Source: Candidatus Hermodarchaeota archaeon (GTDB lineage: Archaea; Asgardarchaeota; Hermodarchaeia; Hermodarchaeales; Hermodarchaeaceae). From it: 64,000 nucleotides of DNA. Positions 18,345 through 29,463 of the stretch are shown piece by piece. Position 1 is the stretch's first letter, and the number at the start of each line of letters is the position of its first letter. Position numbers and translations under genes: made by a program. The notes beneath the pieces are model-generated. The model was not told the origin of the DNA. It saw only the letters and a program-made list of their open reading frames with translations, and searched no databases. Where the stretch lies: the NCBI GenBank assembly GCA_016839365.1, contig JAEOUH010000071.1, forward strand, positions 1 to 64,000, given 5' to 3'.

Positions 18345-20243
18345 ATGCCAAAAATTATTGGAATTGATCTCGGAACTAGCAATTCAGCAGCCGCTGTGAT
18401 GCGTGGAGACCGCCCTATCATTATTCCTAGCGCTGAAGGTCCCACGGTCTCCGGGAAAGCCTTCCCATCATATGTTGCTATCACTGATGATGGAACCCGG
18501 CTTGTTGGTGAACCTGCACGGCGTCAGGCTGTTGCAAACCCTGAAGGAACAGTGACGGCTGTGAAGCGGAAAATGGGAACCCGACAGAAAGTGAAAATCC
18601 GGGACAAAACCTTCACACCTGAAGAAGTATCATCATTTATTCTTCGAAAAATCAAAACAGACGCAGAGGCGTTTCTTGGAGAACTTGTAAGCCAAGCAGT
18701 TATCACAGTTCCTGCTTACTTTAATGACAACCAACGCCAAGCCACTAAAGATGCCGGTGAATTAGCGGGCCTCGAGGTCGTCCGCCTCATCAACGAACCC
18801 ACAGCTGCATCGCTAGCCTATGGTATCGACAAGCTCGATAAGGAACTTCGAATCCTTGTCTTTGATCTTGGTGGTGGTACATTAGATGTCACGATTATGG
18901 AATTTGGTCCCGACCCAGATACAGGGAGTGGACTGTTCCAAGTGGTCTCCACTGCGGGCGACACTCAGCTAGGTGGAACCGACATGGACCTTTCAATAGC
19001 TGAATGGCTAGCTGACGAATTTAAAGCAGAGCACGGGATGGACCTCCATGACGACCCTACAGCCTGGCGGCGTCTCCTTGAAGCAGCAGAGAAGGCAAAA
19101 ATCGAGTTATCCAACGTAATTGAGAGTGAAATTAACCTCCCCTACCTCACAGCGGATAAAACCGGTCCAAAACACCTCCAACGCAAACTAACCCGAGCAA
19201 AACTTGAGGATTTAGTCCGAAGTATTGTGGACCGCTGCGATGGTCCAATGCGCCAAGCGATTAGTGATGCAAAATTACGCCCCAACGAGATTGACAAGAT
19301 TATCTTGATTGGTGGACCCACACGGATGCCGATTGTTCGCCAATACGTTGAGAAATTCATTGGTAAGAAAGCCGAACGCGGTGTAGATCCAATGGAAGCA
19401 GTGGCCCTCGGTGCAGCCATCCAGGGCGGTGTTATAACTGGGGATGTCAAAGACCTACTGCTTCTTGATGTTACTCCCCTATCATTAGGGGTTGAAACAA
19501 AAGGCGACATCATGACTCCCATTATCGAACGTAACACAACTATTCCAGTAGAACGAAGCCAAATCTTCAGCACTGCCGCAGATATGCAAACTGTCGTCAC
19601 TATCCACGTGTTACAAGGTGAACGGTCTAGAGCTAGTCAAAACATCTCACTTGGCCAGTTCAATCTTACTGGCATCCCACCAGCCCCAATGGGTGTTCCC
19701 CAAATTGAGGTTACCTTTGACATTGATGTTAACGGCATCCTCCATGTGAAAGCCAAGGACTTGGGAACCGGAAATGAACAGAAAATCACCATTTCTGCTT
19801 CAACCAAACTAACTGAATCCCAAAAAGATAAGATGGTCGCGGATGCCGAAAAGTACGAAGAAGAAGACAAACGCTACCGCGAAGAAGCCGAGGAGCTCAA
19901 CAGGGCAGAATCACTAGTCTATTCAGCCCGGAAGACCATCAAAGAGCTTGGCGATAAGATTAGCGAAGGGGACAAGCAAAAGGTCGAAGACGCTGCGAAT
20001 CGGCTTGAAAAAGCCGTCCAGGATAAGGACCTTGCAACTGCAAAGCAAGAGATGGAAACCCTTACAGATATTTTACAAGGAGTCGGAACTGCCGTGTACC
20101 AGCAAGTCGCCGAGGAACAAGCTCGGGCTCAAGCTCAGGCTGGAGTAAAGGAAGAGGCTGAATCCGAACCGAAAAAGAAGAAGGGTAAAGAAAAAGTCGT
20201 TGATGCTGATTATGAAGTCGTTGATGATGAAGACAAGAAATAA
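18345..20243 (+). CDS. dnaK: Hsp70 chaperone DnaK
   Basis: [39 protein letters not shown]; ATG 18345 (track starts at TTG 18330). Confidence 0.98.
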   Translation: MPKIIGIDLGTSNSAAAVMRGDRPIIIPSAEGPTVSGKAFPSYVAITDDGTRLVGEPARRQAVANPEGTVTAVKRKMGTRQKVKIRDKTFTPEEVSSFILRKIKTDAEAFLGELVSQAVITVPAYFNDNQRQATKDAGELAGLEVVRLINEPTAASLAYGIDKLDKELRILVFDLGGGTLDVTIMEFGPDPDTGSGLFQVVSTAGDTQLGGTDMDLSIAEWLADEFKAEHGMDLHDDPTAWRRLLEAAEKAKIELSNVIESEINLPYLTADKTGPKHLQRKLTRAKLEDLVRSIVDRCDGPMRQAISDAKLRPNEIDKIILIGGPTRMPIVRQYVEKFIGKKAERGVDPMEAVALGAAIQGGVITGDVKDLLLLDVTPLSLGVETKGDIMTPIIERNTTIPVERSQIFSTAADMQTVVTIHVLQGERSRASQNISLGQFNLTGIPPAPMGVPQIEVTFDIDVNGILHVKAKDLGTGNEQKITISASTKLTESQKDKMVADAEKYEEEDKRYREEAEELNRAESLVYSARKTIKELGDKISEGDKQKVEDAANRLEKAVQDKDLATAKQEMETLTDILQGVGTAVYQQVAEEQARAQAQAGVKEEAESEPKKKKGKEKVVDADYEVVDDEDKK

Positions 20244-20343
20244 AGTAGACGAGTAGTTTCGCTGACCAAGTCATACGGCATTAGCGAGGCAGAAGAAATA
20301 AAAGCCTAGTCTAGATTCGGTTACGCATTTATGGTGAGTCAGT

Positions 20344-21456
20344 GTGAGTTACGGGAGCAATCAAAAACGGGACTACTATGAAGTACTCGGTGTAGATCGG
20401 AAAGCCACAAAGGCTGAAATTCGAAGTGCTTATCGTAAACTTGCTCTGAAGTATCACCCAGACCGGAATAAAGAATCTGATGCAGCTGAGAAGTTCAAAG
20501 AGATCTCAGAAGCCTATGCAATACTATCGGATGATGACAAACGCCTCCAATATGACCAGTTCGGTCACGCTGGCATCTCCGGACGTTATAGTGCCCAGGA
20601 TATATTTGGTGGCGTTAACTTCGAAGACATCCTACGCAGTTTCGGCCTCGGAGGTGGTCTAGGAGGCTTTGGAAGCATCTTTGATTTCTTAATGGGACGA
20701 GGCGCAAGACGACCTTCCCAACGAGATCAGGCTATCGATTTACGATACGACATGAAAATCTCGCTCAAAGAAGCTGCAACTGGTATCGAAAGAGAAATTA
20801 CAATAAAACGCGACGAACAGTGCCCCAAATGTGGAGGCAGCGGTGGAGAGCCGGGAACCCCTATGAAAACTTGTTCTCGCTGTGGCGGACGTGGCGAATT
20901 ACGCCAAGTCCAACAGACAATGTTTGGGCAAGTAATTCGAGTCGCCACCTGTCCTGAATGTGATGGACAGGGGAAAATAGTGGAAACAGCTTGCTCTGAA
21001 TGCAGAGGAAAACGCACTGTTCGGGAAAAACGGAGTATTCGTGTCCAAATCCCCCCTGGAGTTGAATCGGGGTCAATGCTTAGGCTGAAAGACCAGGGTG
21101 CTTCGTACAACGGCAGCCCACCAGGTGATCTTTATGTTGTTGTGCATGTACAACCTGATGATACTTTCCAGCGTGTTGGCGATGACATCATCATAGAGCA
21201 ACCGATATCATTCACTCAGGCAGCATTGGGGGCGGAAATTGAGGTTCCTACACTGCTTTCCAAAGCCAAGTTAAAGATTCCTGCAGGAACACAACCTGGC
21301 ACGATTTTACGGTTGCGAGGACAAGGGATGCCCCGGACCCGATGGCGAGGAAACGGTGATCAACTCATCCAAATTAAGGTTGAAGTACCTAAGAAGCTGA
21401 GCCGACAGCAGCAAGAACTCCTGGAGCGACTTGCTGAGGAACTGGAGGAAAAGTAA
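20344..21456 (+). CDS. dnaJ: chaperone DnaJ
   Basis: J domain with HPD, G/F region, four CxxCxGxG-type repeats. Confidence 0.97.
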   Translation: MSYGSNQKRDYYEVLGVDRKATKAEIRSAYRKLALKYHPDRNKESDAAEKFKEISEAYAILSDDDKRLQYDQFGHAGISGRYSAQDIFGGVNFEDILRSFGLGGGLGGFGSIFDFLMGRGARRPSQRDQAIDLRYDMKISLKEAATGIEREITIKRDEQCPKCGGSGGEPGTPMKTCSRCGGRGELRQVQQTMFGQVIRVATCPECDGQGKIVETACSECRGKRTVREKRSIRVQIPPGVESGSMLRLKDQGASYNGSPPGDLYVVVHVQPDDTFQRVGDDIIIEQPISFTQAALGAEIEVPTLLSKAKLKIPAGTQPGTILRLRGQGMPRTRWRGNGDQLIQIKVEVPKKLSRQQQELLERLAEELEEK

Positions 21457-21457
21457 T

Positions 21458-22834
21458 TTAGTCAGCTTTTGCGATGAGTTGAATATCACGGAACTGAATG
21501 GATGGACCGATGAGTGAACCACCTGGACCAACTAGGTAGCGCCGCAAATCGTTGCCCACAGCATCCACTTTTTTGATAAGCTCAAACGCATTGCCTGCAA
21601 TCATCAGACCGTGTACTGCACCTGTAAGTTCACCATCGATAATCCGGTATGCAGGATTTGCCACGACGCTATAATCCCCGGTTTCCCTGTTCGATGAATG
21701 GACACCTTGTAGCCCTTTGACTAGGTAACCGGATTTTGACTCGCTTATCATGTCATCCAATGACTTCGTTCCAGTCGAAATCACTATGTTTGTTGGGGCT
21801 GTGTCAACATCACCGGTTCGGAGGTTTCGACTTGCATTACCAGTGCTGGTTGTACCATGGCGGTGTGCCCAGTAATTATTCCATAGGAAGGAACGAAGTT
21901 TTCCTTTCTCAATAAGGGAAGTTGTTTGCTGCGGAATTCCTTCTCCGTCAAATAGGGCTGTGGCATATCCACCATCAAAGCGTCCATCATCAGTGAATGT
22001 AAGGGTCTTGGCGGCAATAGGCGTGTCAATTTTGTCCGCAAGTTGGGACTTGCCGCGTACAACATTTTCACCCTTTAAGGCCTCTAATAATGTATAGCTC
22101 ATAAGTGAGCCTAACGCATCGGCTGCAAGAATTATAGAACCTTTTTCAGTCTTGCCTTTCTCTGATTTCTGAGCAAGAAGAACGTGTTTCACCGAATCAT
22201 TGACGATGTAATCCAAATCAAGCTGAAAAAGACGGTTAACATCAATGGAAACTGCAGGTGGCGTCATTCCAGTCTCAGTGGGTAATACCAGCACGGAATA
22301 TGCATAGACACCGGTTCCCCTATCCGAGGTGACAAGTCCATTGGAATTCGCATAAGCAGCCCAACCATAAAATCCGCCAGTTCCTGCCTCCCCAATGATG
22401 ATTGCAGGATTCTTTTCTTTGACGGCTTTCGTAATCTGAGTTGATAGTTCAACAAACACACTGGGATCTTTTTCTGGGATAGACTCATCCCAGAGCCCAG
22501 TAAGTTTCTGATACTTTGTCTTTTGGGGAAAGTCATTCCATGTCTTGTCCGGTGTACTTGCCTTAGCTGCGGCAATCGCCCGGTTAACAGATTTTTCAAT
22601 AGCAGATTGATTTAACAGATTAGTATACGCTGATCCCAATTGGTTATTGATGACAACACGTATTGAGGCTCCAACAACTTGTGATTTTGTCGCCTTATTA
22701 ACTTCGCCAAGATTGACTTCGCAGCTAATCTCATAATTGTCTTGAACCATAATTTCAATCTGATCAGTTTTTTTGGATCCATAAGCGATTGCATGTTCAG
22801 CTAGACTCGCAAGTGTTTGTTCCCTATCCTTCAT
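21458..22834 (-). CDS. pmbA: TldE/PmbA family protein
   Basis: FDGEG, STGNA, GDYS, no HEXXXH; follows tldD; start ATG 22834 with GGAGG. Confidence 0.9.
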   Translation of the reverse strand: MKDREQTLASLAEHAIAYGSKKTDQIEIMVQDNYEISCEVNLGEVNKATKSQVVGASIRVVINNQLGSAYTNLLNQSAIEKSVNRAIAAAKASTPDKTWNDFPQKTKYQKLTGLWDESIPEKDPSVFVELSTQITKAVKEKNPAIIIGEAGTGGFYGWAAYANSNGLVTSDRGTGVYAYSVLVLPTETGMTPPAVSIDVNRLFQLDLDYIVNDSVKHVLLAQKSEKGKTEKGSIILAADALGSLMSYTLLEALKGENVVRGKSQLADKIDTPIAAKTLTFTDDGRFDGGYATALFDGEGIPQQTTSLIEKGKLRSFLWNNYWAHRHGTTSTGNASRNLRTGDVDTAPTNIVISTGTKSLDDMISESKSGYLVKGLQGVHSSNRETGDYSVVANPAYRIIDGELTGAVHGLMIAGNAFELIKKVDAVGNDLRRYLVGPGGSLIGPSIQFRDIQLIAKAD

Positions 22835-22853
22835 TGTTCCGATAACCTCCTTC

Positions 22854-24275
22854 TCAGGCTTTGCCTCCCATGGTGATTGGTCCACTGGCGAATCGGATTA
22901 GAGGTCCTCCAGAACTGATAAGAGCTTCTTGACCCTTGCCGCACCGACCAACACCATAGCCATAAGTTTCTTTTCCAACCCCTTCAATTTTTAGGAGGGC
23001 TTCTGTGGCAATACCTGAAATTGATAAGTTCGTTACTGAGTTTCCCAATTCTCCGTCGACGATTTCAAAGGCTTCTTGAACTCCAACTTGGAAGCTGGCA
23101 TTCAATGTTGCTGATCCACCTGCAAAATCAATGCAATAATAGCCAAAGTCGATTCCTTCAAAGATTTCTTCATCTGTTAAATCGCCACGTTCAAAAAGCG
23201 TATTTCTCATCCGGATTAACGGATACACACGAAAGTCCTCTGCGCGTGCACTGCCAGAAGATGGTAATCCGGTTTTCTGAGCATACTCACGATCAGTGAG
23301 AAGGGTGTTAAACACACCATCCTTAATCAGCTCAATCCGCTTTGTAGGCACTCCTTCATCATCATATTTGACTGTGCCAAAGCCGTCCTTCAGTGTACCA
23401 TCGTCAATCATCCAAACGCCTTTAGGAGCGACATCTTGGTTGAGCTTCCCAGCAAATGCTGATTGAAGGGTGAGGTCTGCTTCTGCAAGATGACCGAGGG
23501 CCTCATGGGCAAGGACTCCAACCACGACGGGTCCTAGAACACATGGAAAGCTTCCAGGCTTTGGCGTGACACCATCAAGTTGCATCGTCACTCGTCTAGC
23601 CAATCGTTCTGCAATTAGGCTTGGTGTTTGGGTCGTTTCGTAATATTCCCAACCACGTGTGGCGGATCCGGAATTATCTCGGGCACTTGTGATTTTACCA
23701 TTATCCTTCCCGGTTAGACTAATAACCATGTAGAGATGGCCGAAGCCAGTTTCGATTTGTGTCCCTTCATTCGTTACAAGATATTTTGTTCCAATTCCAT
23801 CCCGCTGATGTATTGTGATGGCTTTGACTCGTGGTTCAAGAGTTTGAGTTTCGTTCCAAATTTCTGCAGCATAATCGATCTTTTCCTTTGGGTCTACATC
23901 TGCTGGGCTCTGCTTCACCTTAAAGGGAACAGTGTCTTGTACAGGTTTGATTTCAGCTAATTTGATAGGCTCTTTCCGAGCCTTTGCCGCGCTACTCGCA
24001 AGAGAGTAGGCATCCTTCACACTGGATTGCAATCCATTAGGGGAAAGGTCATTGGATGTCACGAATCCCCATGCCCCACTTGTAAGAACTCGAACCGCCA
24101 CACCCTCCTCAAGGCGTTGATTAATGCTGCGTACACGTCCATCTTCATATTGTAAGTTGCTTCGGTTCAGGGTTTCTACTCGTAGTTCAACATAGGTTGC
24201 ACCAAGTCTTTCTCCATAATCTGCAACTTTTTGGAGTTTGTCAATCAAAGTAATCACATCGGCATTAAACATCAT
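22854..24275 (-). CDS. tldD: TldD metalloprotease
   Basis: HEALGHLAEAD, YDDEG, RMRNT, CGKGQ. Start uncertain (24248-24275); the track start at 24359 overlaps the divergent gene. Confidence 0.93.
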   Translation of the reverse strand: MMFNADVITLIDKLQKVADYGERLGATYVELRVETLNRSNLQYEDGRVRSINQRLEEGVAVRVLTSGAWGFVTSNDLSPNGLQSSVKDAYSLASSAAKARKEPIKLAEIKPVQDTVPFKVKQSPADVDPKEKIDYAAEIWNETQTLEPRVKAITIHQRDGIGTKYLVTNEGTQIETGFGHLYMVISLTGKDNGKITSARDNSGSATRGWEYYETTQTPSLIAERLARRVTMQLDGVTPKPGSFPCVLGPVVVGVLAHEALGHLAEADLTLQSAFAGKLNQDVAPKGVWMIDDGTLKDGFGTVKYDDEGVPTKRIELIKDGVFNTLLTDREYAQKTGLPSSGSARAEDFRVYPLIRMRNTLFERGDLTDEEIFEGIDFGYYCIDFAGGSATLNASFQVGVQEAFEIVDGELGNSVTNLSISGIATEALLKIEGVGKETYGYGVGRCGKGQEALISSGGPLIRFASGPITMGGKA

Positions 24276-24340
24276 GCAGATAATAGGGCGGATAGAAGAT
24301 ACCGTCTGCTTATAAGGAGATTGGATTGCACTAATCCTTT

Positions 24341-24841
24341 GTGGAGAATTCCTTGACACCAGAGATTAGATTCATCGTTGATGCTATGTATGGTTCTTTA
24401 GCCCGCTGGCTTCGCCTTCTGGGGTATAATACTGTGTACAGTGATACTAAATCCGATGATGAAATCCTACGAGAAACAGACGATCGTATTCTGTTGACGC
24501 GCGACAAGGAGCTAATAATACGGGCTAGAAAAAGTACTATACATGTGCTCAATCCCGGAAGTGGTTCAATAAGAAGTATGCTGCAGCGACTACAAGAGGA
24601 TCTTGGAATCCAATTTGTGGCAAATCCAAATGAGAGTCGCTGTCCCAGTTGTAATGGAACACTTCTATTAAAACGACGGGAAGACGTTCAAAACCAGGTT
24701 CCAAAAGGTTCCCTTCGAAATCACAACGAATTTTGGCAATGTAGCAATTCTCTATGTCATCAGGTATATTGGCAGGGTCGTCATTGGACGCGGATTTCTA
24801 ATACGCTCAAACAACTCAAGTCAGATGAAACCAAGGAATAA
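24341..24841 (+). CDS. Mut7-C RNase (PIN-like) domain protein
   Basis: FIVDAMYGSLARWLRLLGY, RILLTRD, SRCPSCNG, FWQC...VYWQGRHW. Confidence 0.9.
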   Translation: MENSLTPEIRFIVDAMYGSLARWLRLLGYNTVYSDTKSDDEILRETDDRILLTRDKELIIRARKSTIHVLNPGSGSIRSMLQRLQEDLGIQFVANPNESRCPSCNGTLLLKRREDVQNQVPKGSLRNHNEFWQCSNSLCHQVYWQGRHWTRISNTLKQLKSDETKE

Positions 24842-24845
24842 TCCA

Positions 24846-25376
24846 TTAGCGATTAGGATAGAAGTCTGGAACAAGGAAGCGGGGCAAAGCACATATTACG
24901 GCATCCCTAAGTACTTGGGTTCGAGTCAGACAATCTTGGGTGAGGACGCCAATCACCCCTTCATTTTGAAACAGGTTTTTTCGACCCATGATGCTATCGA
25001 TTGTCTTCTTACTTTGGTCACTCGAGGAATCAATTCGCATGACAAGGCTTTCAGAAATCTCAACCGCAACAGAACGTGCCACGCTCAGTTTACTGTCTTT
25101 TACTATAGCCGCAATAGCTTGAATATAAGCAGCTTCATTGAAGGTAGTCAGTCCACCTTCGAGTCCGACACTAAAATCAGCAGAAGGTTTCTGTTTCTGT
25201 GCTATCTGAGCACGATTAATCGCTCCTAGCAATGTTTCAGCTTCAGAGAGAGGGAATGGTTGAACCCCCGAATCGACTTTGACTGGAATTGTTTCCACTT
25301 GTCCAAAGTATTTACTGAAGGCTTCACGAACTGCATTCCGTTTGACTGGGTTTTGTGACCCGACTACAACTTGCAT
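24846..25376 (-). CDS. yjjX: non-canonical purine NTP phosphatase (YjjX/DUF84, ITPase/XTPase)
   Basis: VGSQNPVK, SGVQPFP, GAINRA, VGLEGG, GVIGVLT...TR. Confidence 0.9.
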   Translation of the reverse strand: MQVVVGSQNPVKRNAVREAFSKYFGQVETIPVKVDSGVQPFPLSEAETLLGAINRAQIAQKQKPSADFSVGLEGGLTTFNEAAYIQAIAAIVKDSKLSVARSVAVEISESLVMRIDSSSDQSKKTIDSIMGRKNLFQNEGVIGVLTQDCLTRTQVLRDAVICALPRFLVPDFYPNR

Positions 25377-25425
25377 ACTTGATTCGTATAATCTGCTTCC
25401 TGAAAAGGATGAGGGTAACAATCAT

Positions 25426-26049
25426 CTAGGTCTTGGGAACCGCTCCTAAGGGCATAATATCTCGCTTGAATGCGTCTTTGAGCAACAAGGCAATCCCATA
25501 GTAGATTCCGATGAATCCACAGGCTACCCCTTCGAATCCAGCAAGGATATTGATCATGGTATTAACAATGCCAGTGTTATGCCAAGTATCCCAGGCAAAC
25601 CAGTGCCCAAAGGCAACGAGCCAAAAGAAGAGAGCCAAAAGGAAGAAGAATATTTGAAGTACGCGGTTGGTTTTCATTGAACTGAGAAACAGGAAGAAAC
25701 CGAAAACCCCCCAAAGGAAGAAATATGGAACCTGGACCCACATGAACAAGGCAGGTTCAGTAACCGTGGGAACGAATCCGAGGAAAGGAAGGAAATAGAT
25801 TGCCACATAGGAAAACCAGAAAACAGCTCCTAGAATGAACACAGTCGCTCCAAACGAATTACCATTCTTCAGTGACCATAATCCAGCAACTAATGGTGCG
25901 AAACCACCTGCAAATAATGCAGTGGCGAATACAACACCCAAACCATTTGTATCGAGGATTTCAGCGAAATAAAGTGAAAGGAGAATTAAAGCAAAGCCAA
26001 AGCCTATCGCCCCAAAGGCTGTGGGATTCGCAACTTTATCATCGACCAT
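25426..26049 (-). CDS. satP: SatP/YaaH/GPR1-FUN34 acetate channel
   Basis: ANPTAFGAIGF, GNSFGATVF..FW, six TM helices. Confidence 0.9.
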   Translation of the reverse strand: MVDDKVANPTAFGAIGFGFALILLSLYFAEILDTNGLGVVFATALFAGGFAPLVAGLWSLKNGNSFGATVFILGAVFWFSYVAIYFLPFLGFVPTVTEPALFMWVQVPYFFLWGVFGFFLFLSSMKTNRVLQIFFFLLALFFWLVAFGHWFAWDTWHNTGIVNTMINILAGFEGVACGFIGIYYGIALLLKDAFKRDIMPLGAVPKT

Positions 26050-26171
26050 ACATAATCACCAACAACGTGTGATAACATGGACTAAACGGCGTTTCTGATA
26101 AGGAGTTATTTAAGGTTTTACTGTCTGTTGGCCCCGAATTGAGAAACTAGTTAGTATCGTCTATATTCGCG

Positions 26172-26360
26172 TTAAATCCGTTCATTACGCTCACGATCAT
26201 CTTTTTGACGCGCTTTTCGTACATAATCCCGTTGCAAATATTTACTAAGGCGCATTTGGTTGATTGTAACAGATGACTGATGGCGTGATAGAAAACCCAT
26301 TAAACCAGAGAGAAAGGCTCTCAGCTCAGAGAAGAAACCCCGCTTCTTTGTCGATTTCAT
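26172..26360 (-). CDS. small basic hypothetical protein
   Basis: ORF fills an intergenic gap; no recognisable motif. Confidence 0.35.
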   Translation of the reverse strand: MKSTKKRGFFSELRAFLSGLMGFLSRHQSSVTINQMRLSKYLQRDYVRKARQKDDRERNERI

Positions 26361-26485
26361 TTTATCTTCTGAAATTCTTTTTCCCTCATTTCTCCCCTAG
26401 CGAAATAGCGTATTTATGTATTCTCATTTGAAATTCGTTGGAGGGGTAAAGCATAAGATGTCTGTCATGACCTTTCATCCTACTG

Positions 26486-27037
26486 GTGATTAATTTGAAG
26501 CGTGAACTGAAACCAGGAACCGTCTTAGTCCCTTGTCCTGCAGCGATTATTTCGGTGGGTGACGAAACGGAAGCGAACCTCATTACACTTTCATGGGTAG
26601 CGAATCTCTGCTCAAAACCCCCGCGAATGGGTATTGGTGTAGTGCCCAAACGCCACAGCTATGGTCTACTGAAACGAATCGGTGATTTCGTAATTAATAT
26701 CCCTTCTCAGAATCAGCTCGAAGCCACAGTGTTATGTGGAACTCAATCCGGACGTGATGTTGACAAGTTTGAAGCCACTGGCTTAACCCCCCAACCTTCA
26801 ATGCAGATTACTTCTCCAATGATTCGAGAGTGTCCCCTCAACATTGAATGCCGAACTTGGAAAATCATTGAAGTGGGTAGCCATCATCTGTTTATTGGTG
26901 ACGTGGTCGCTGCCCATATTAACGAGGAGGTACTGAATGCTGAGGGCGAACCTGACTTGGCAAAGATGGCGATTTTCACATATAATCCGCTAGTTTCACA
27001 ATATTGGGCAGTTAATGAATTCCTGCGAAATCGATGA
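26486..27037 (+). CDS. flavin reductase-like FMN-binding protein (flavoredoxin family)
   Basis: NLITLSW, FVINIP, CGTQSGRDVDKF, ECPLNIEC, GSHHLFIG. Confidence 0.92.
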   Translation: MINLKRELKPGTVLVPCPAAIISVGDETEANLITLSWVANLCSKPPRMGIGVVPKRHSYGLLKRIGDFVINIPSQNQLEATVLCGTQSGRDVDKFEATGLTPQPSMQITSPMIRECPLNIECRTWKIIEVGSHHLFIGDVVAAHINEEVLNAEGEPDLAKMAIFTYNPLVSQYWAVNEFLRNR

Positions 27038-27167
27038 GACACAATAATCGATTCATCAGGGCAATTTTCCATCCAAGATGGAGTGCCGATAAAGTCAATC
27101 TTTTAATTACCGTTTTACTTAAAGTCCATAGGATACCTACTGAGCCGCACTTGGTGGAGGAGCGGTA

Positions 27168-28157
27168 TTGACAAAACCAAGCACAATAAAATACCTAGCT
27201 ATACTAGGCGGAGTTGGAGCTGTAATCAGCCCATTCATTGCCCTCACCATGTCAATAGCAACGCTTCCCCGCTATTATTATATTCCCCTCTATTACATAT
27301 ACGGTGCAGGTTCCATTTTGTTTTTCCTGTTATTTTTGACTGGATTATTGGCGTTAATTCTGACCATCCACACCGCACAATTTACTTCTAAGATGCCACA
27401 ACGAGCAGCCACAGACTTGAAAACAGTTGGCATCGTTGTTATCATCGTGGGCATAATCTCAATATTCAACCTGGTAACCATCATCTCGGGCTTGCTTATT
27501 TTAGCTGCTGGCGTCGAATGTAGTTCAATTTGGCAAAAAATTCGTCAGGCTCGAACGAAAACTGGATGGCCTTTTAACACGGTTGCTACAGCAGCAGGAA
27601 GCACTTGGGCGCGAAGAATGTCATGCCAATTTTGTGGAGCACCTCTTGTCATTATGACTGCATCATCCTATGGGCATTTAGTTCACATTGACACCCAATG
27701 TCCGTTGGATGAAACTCATGAGACCCTTCAACTCCCGCTTTCTCAATTAGATATTTGGGCTCCAGTAGCTGCTGATCGGCTGCATCGCTGTGTGAAATGT
27801 GGGGAACGAACCATCGCTCAAATCATTATTCGCCAAACTCACGTCTCCTCTCAATTACAAGCATATTGTCCTCATGGACACCCCAACCGAATCTACCGAA
27901 GCATTTGGACACCACTCTACCCTTATGTAGCCCGCATACCGAGTACAGATATTGGTTTCCAGGAAGCCCGAATCACACCCCGATTCCGCCCAGCTATATT
28001 CACTCCTCAAATAGAACCCCGTCAACAACCCATAACCATATCATATAGTAATATTGAAAGTATACGTACCGGACCGATAGGATACTGCACTCAATGTGGT
28101 GTAAAAATTGAATCCTCTGATCGATACTGCTTCCGGTGTGGCGCATCCATCCGATAG
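27168..28157 (+). CDS. membrane protein with repeated Zn-binding modules and C-terminal double zinc ribbon
   Basis: 3-4 TM helices; two CxxCG...CP repeats; CTQCG-x8-YCFRCG. Confidence 0.8.
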   Translation: MTKPSTIKYLAILGGVGAVISPFIALTMSIATLPRYYYIPLYYIYGAGSILFFLLFLTGLLALILTIHTAQFTSKMPQRAATDLKTVGIVVIIVGIISIFNLVTIISGLLILAAGVECSSIWQKIRQARTKTGWPFNTVATAAGSTWARRMSCQFCGAPLVIMTASSYGHLVHIDTQCPLDETHETLQLPLSQLDIWAPVAADRLHRCVKCGERTIAQIIIRQTHVSSQLQAYCPHGHPNRIYRSIWTPLYPYVARIPSTDIGFQEARITPRFRPAIFTPQIEPRQQPITISYSNIESIRTGPIGYCTQCGVKIESSDRYCFRCGASIR

Positions 28158-28160
28158 AAA

Positions 28161-28694
28161 GTGAAACTTATGGTTCAAGCAGCAATTGAAGCAAACTTTA
28201 CCTGTTCATGTGGAACACCCTTCATTGTGATGACACTCGATCCAGCTCCAAACGATAAAATCAACGCTTTATTGGTCTGCCCGCGACACAGGGTGGGCCA
28301 TCACATAACCCTTGACCATTCAGGCCTGGATCTGTGGATAAGCGTCGTTGCGAATCACCTGTATCGGTGTGGTGTGTGTGGTCGAGAACTTACTCCACCG
28401 AGTGCAGTCAGTTCCACAGACATTGCCACCACCTTCACGCTTAACTGCCCTGTTCACGGCTCACAAAACAACACACGAACCGTATGGAGTGTATTGCATC
28501 GGCGCCTTCTCTCTGAAATCCAACAACAACGGGAACTACCGGTCCCTGAAGAAACATCAACAGTTCCCGATAAACCGAAAACACAACCCGCTGTGGAAGA
28601 CCCTGGAGTAAAAGCCACGTTTTGCCCCCAGTGTGGAAAGAAAATCCGCCCCCAAGATAATTTTTGCTTCATTTGCGGTAGCGCTATAGACTAG
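28161..28694 (+). CDS. soluble paralog of the preceding Zn-module protein
   Basis: CSCG...CPRH, CGVCG...CPVH, CPQCG-x8-FCFICG. Confidence 0.8.
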   Translation: MKLMVQAAIEANFTCSCGTPFIVMTLDPAPNDKINALLVCPRHRVGHHITLDHSGLDLWISVVANHLYRCGVCGRELTPPSAVSSTDIATTFTLNCPVHGSQNNTRTVWSVLHRRLLSEIQQQRELPVPEETSTVPDKPKTQPAVEDPGVKATFCPQCGKKIRPQDNFCFICGSAID

Positions 28695-28809
28695 CTAGTT
28701 TCTGTTAATATTTTCAAGTCAATTGAGGTAGGTTTTCTTGGGTAAGCTCCAGATATAGGTAGGACTTTATAGGTTAAGCACAAAGTCGCTTCCTATTGGT
28801 GAGATCTCC

Positions 28810-29385
28810 ATGAGAACGCGGAATATAATAGGCGTTATACTCGCCATTATTGCTGGTATTGGACTAATTCTTGCTGGCTATTCAGTTAACGCAGGAATCT
28901 TAGTGTATCTCCAACTAATTTGGACAACTTTTAGCCTTCCTCCAGAATTATGGCCTATTGTACTCATCGTCAATGGCATACTTGATGCTCTTGCTCTAGG
29001 TGGTGGCTTTACCGTACTTGCTGGAGCGCTTGTCGTCATTCTGGGCTGGGAAGGTTGGGGCCGATGGCTAATCAAAGTCGGGACCGGAATTAGTATTTTT
29101 TCCATGATATGGCGTATTGGAATGCACGCCTACTCCTATATTCTAGCAAATCCAGGATTTACCATAATGGATTTAGTTATCGAATCAATGTTCTTTACCT
29201 TCCAAATCTTCATAACACATCCTGTGGGTTGGGCGTTAATCTTAAGCCTAATTGCTCAGCAATTGATTGTTAAGGTTCCTAGAAGTGAGGCACGACGTGA
29301 GAAAGAAGAGAACCGAGCGAAAAAAGAACAGGAACTCAAAGAAGAAAAACCTAGCAAAGATGAAGAAATAGAAAAGGACGAATAA
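28810..29385 (+). CDS. hypothetical multi-pass membrane protein with charged C-terminal tail
   Basis: About four hydrophobic helices; GGTGAG upstream. Confidence 0.75.
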   Translation: MRTRNIIGVILAIIAGIGLILAGYSVNAGILVYLQLIWTTFSLPPELWPIVLIVNGILDALALGGGFTVLAGALVVILGWEGWGRWLIKVGTGISIFSMIWRIGMHAYSYILANPGFTIMDLVIESMFFTFQIFITHPVGWALILSLIAQQLIVKVPRSEARREKEENRAKKEQELKEEKPSKDEEIEKDE

Positions 29386-29463
29386 TTTGTTCTTTGAATA
29401 TTCGTATCTATCCCAGATCCTGCTATGGGTTCAAGGAGGATTATTGTCTCAAGATTGGTGAGG

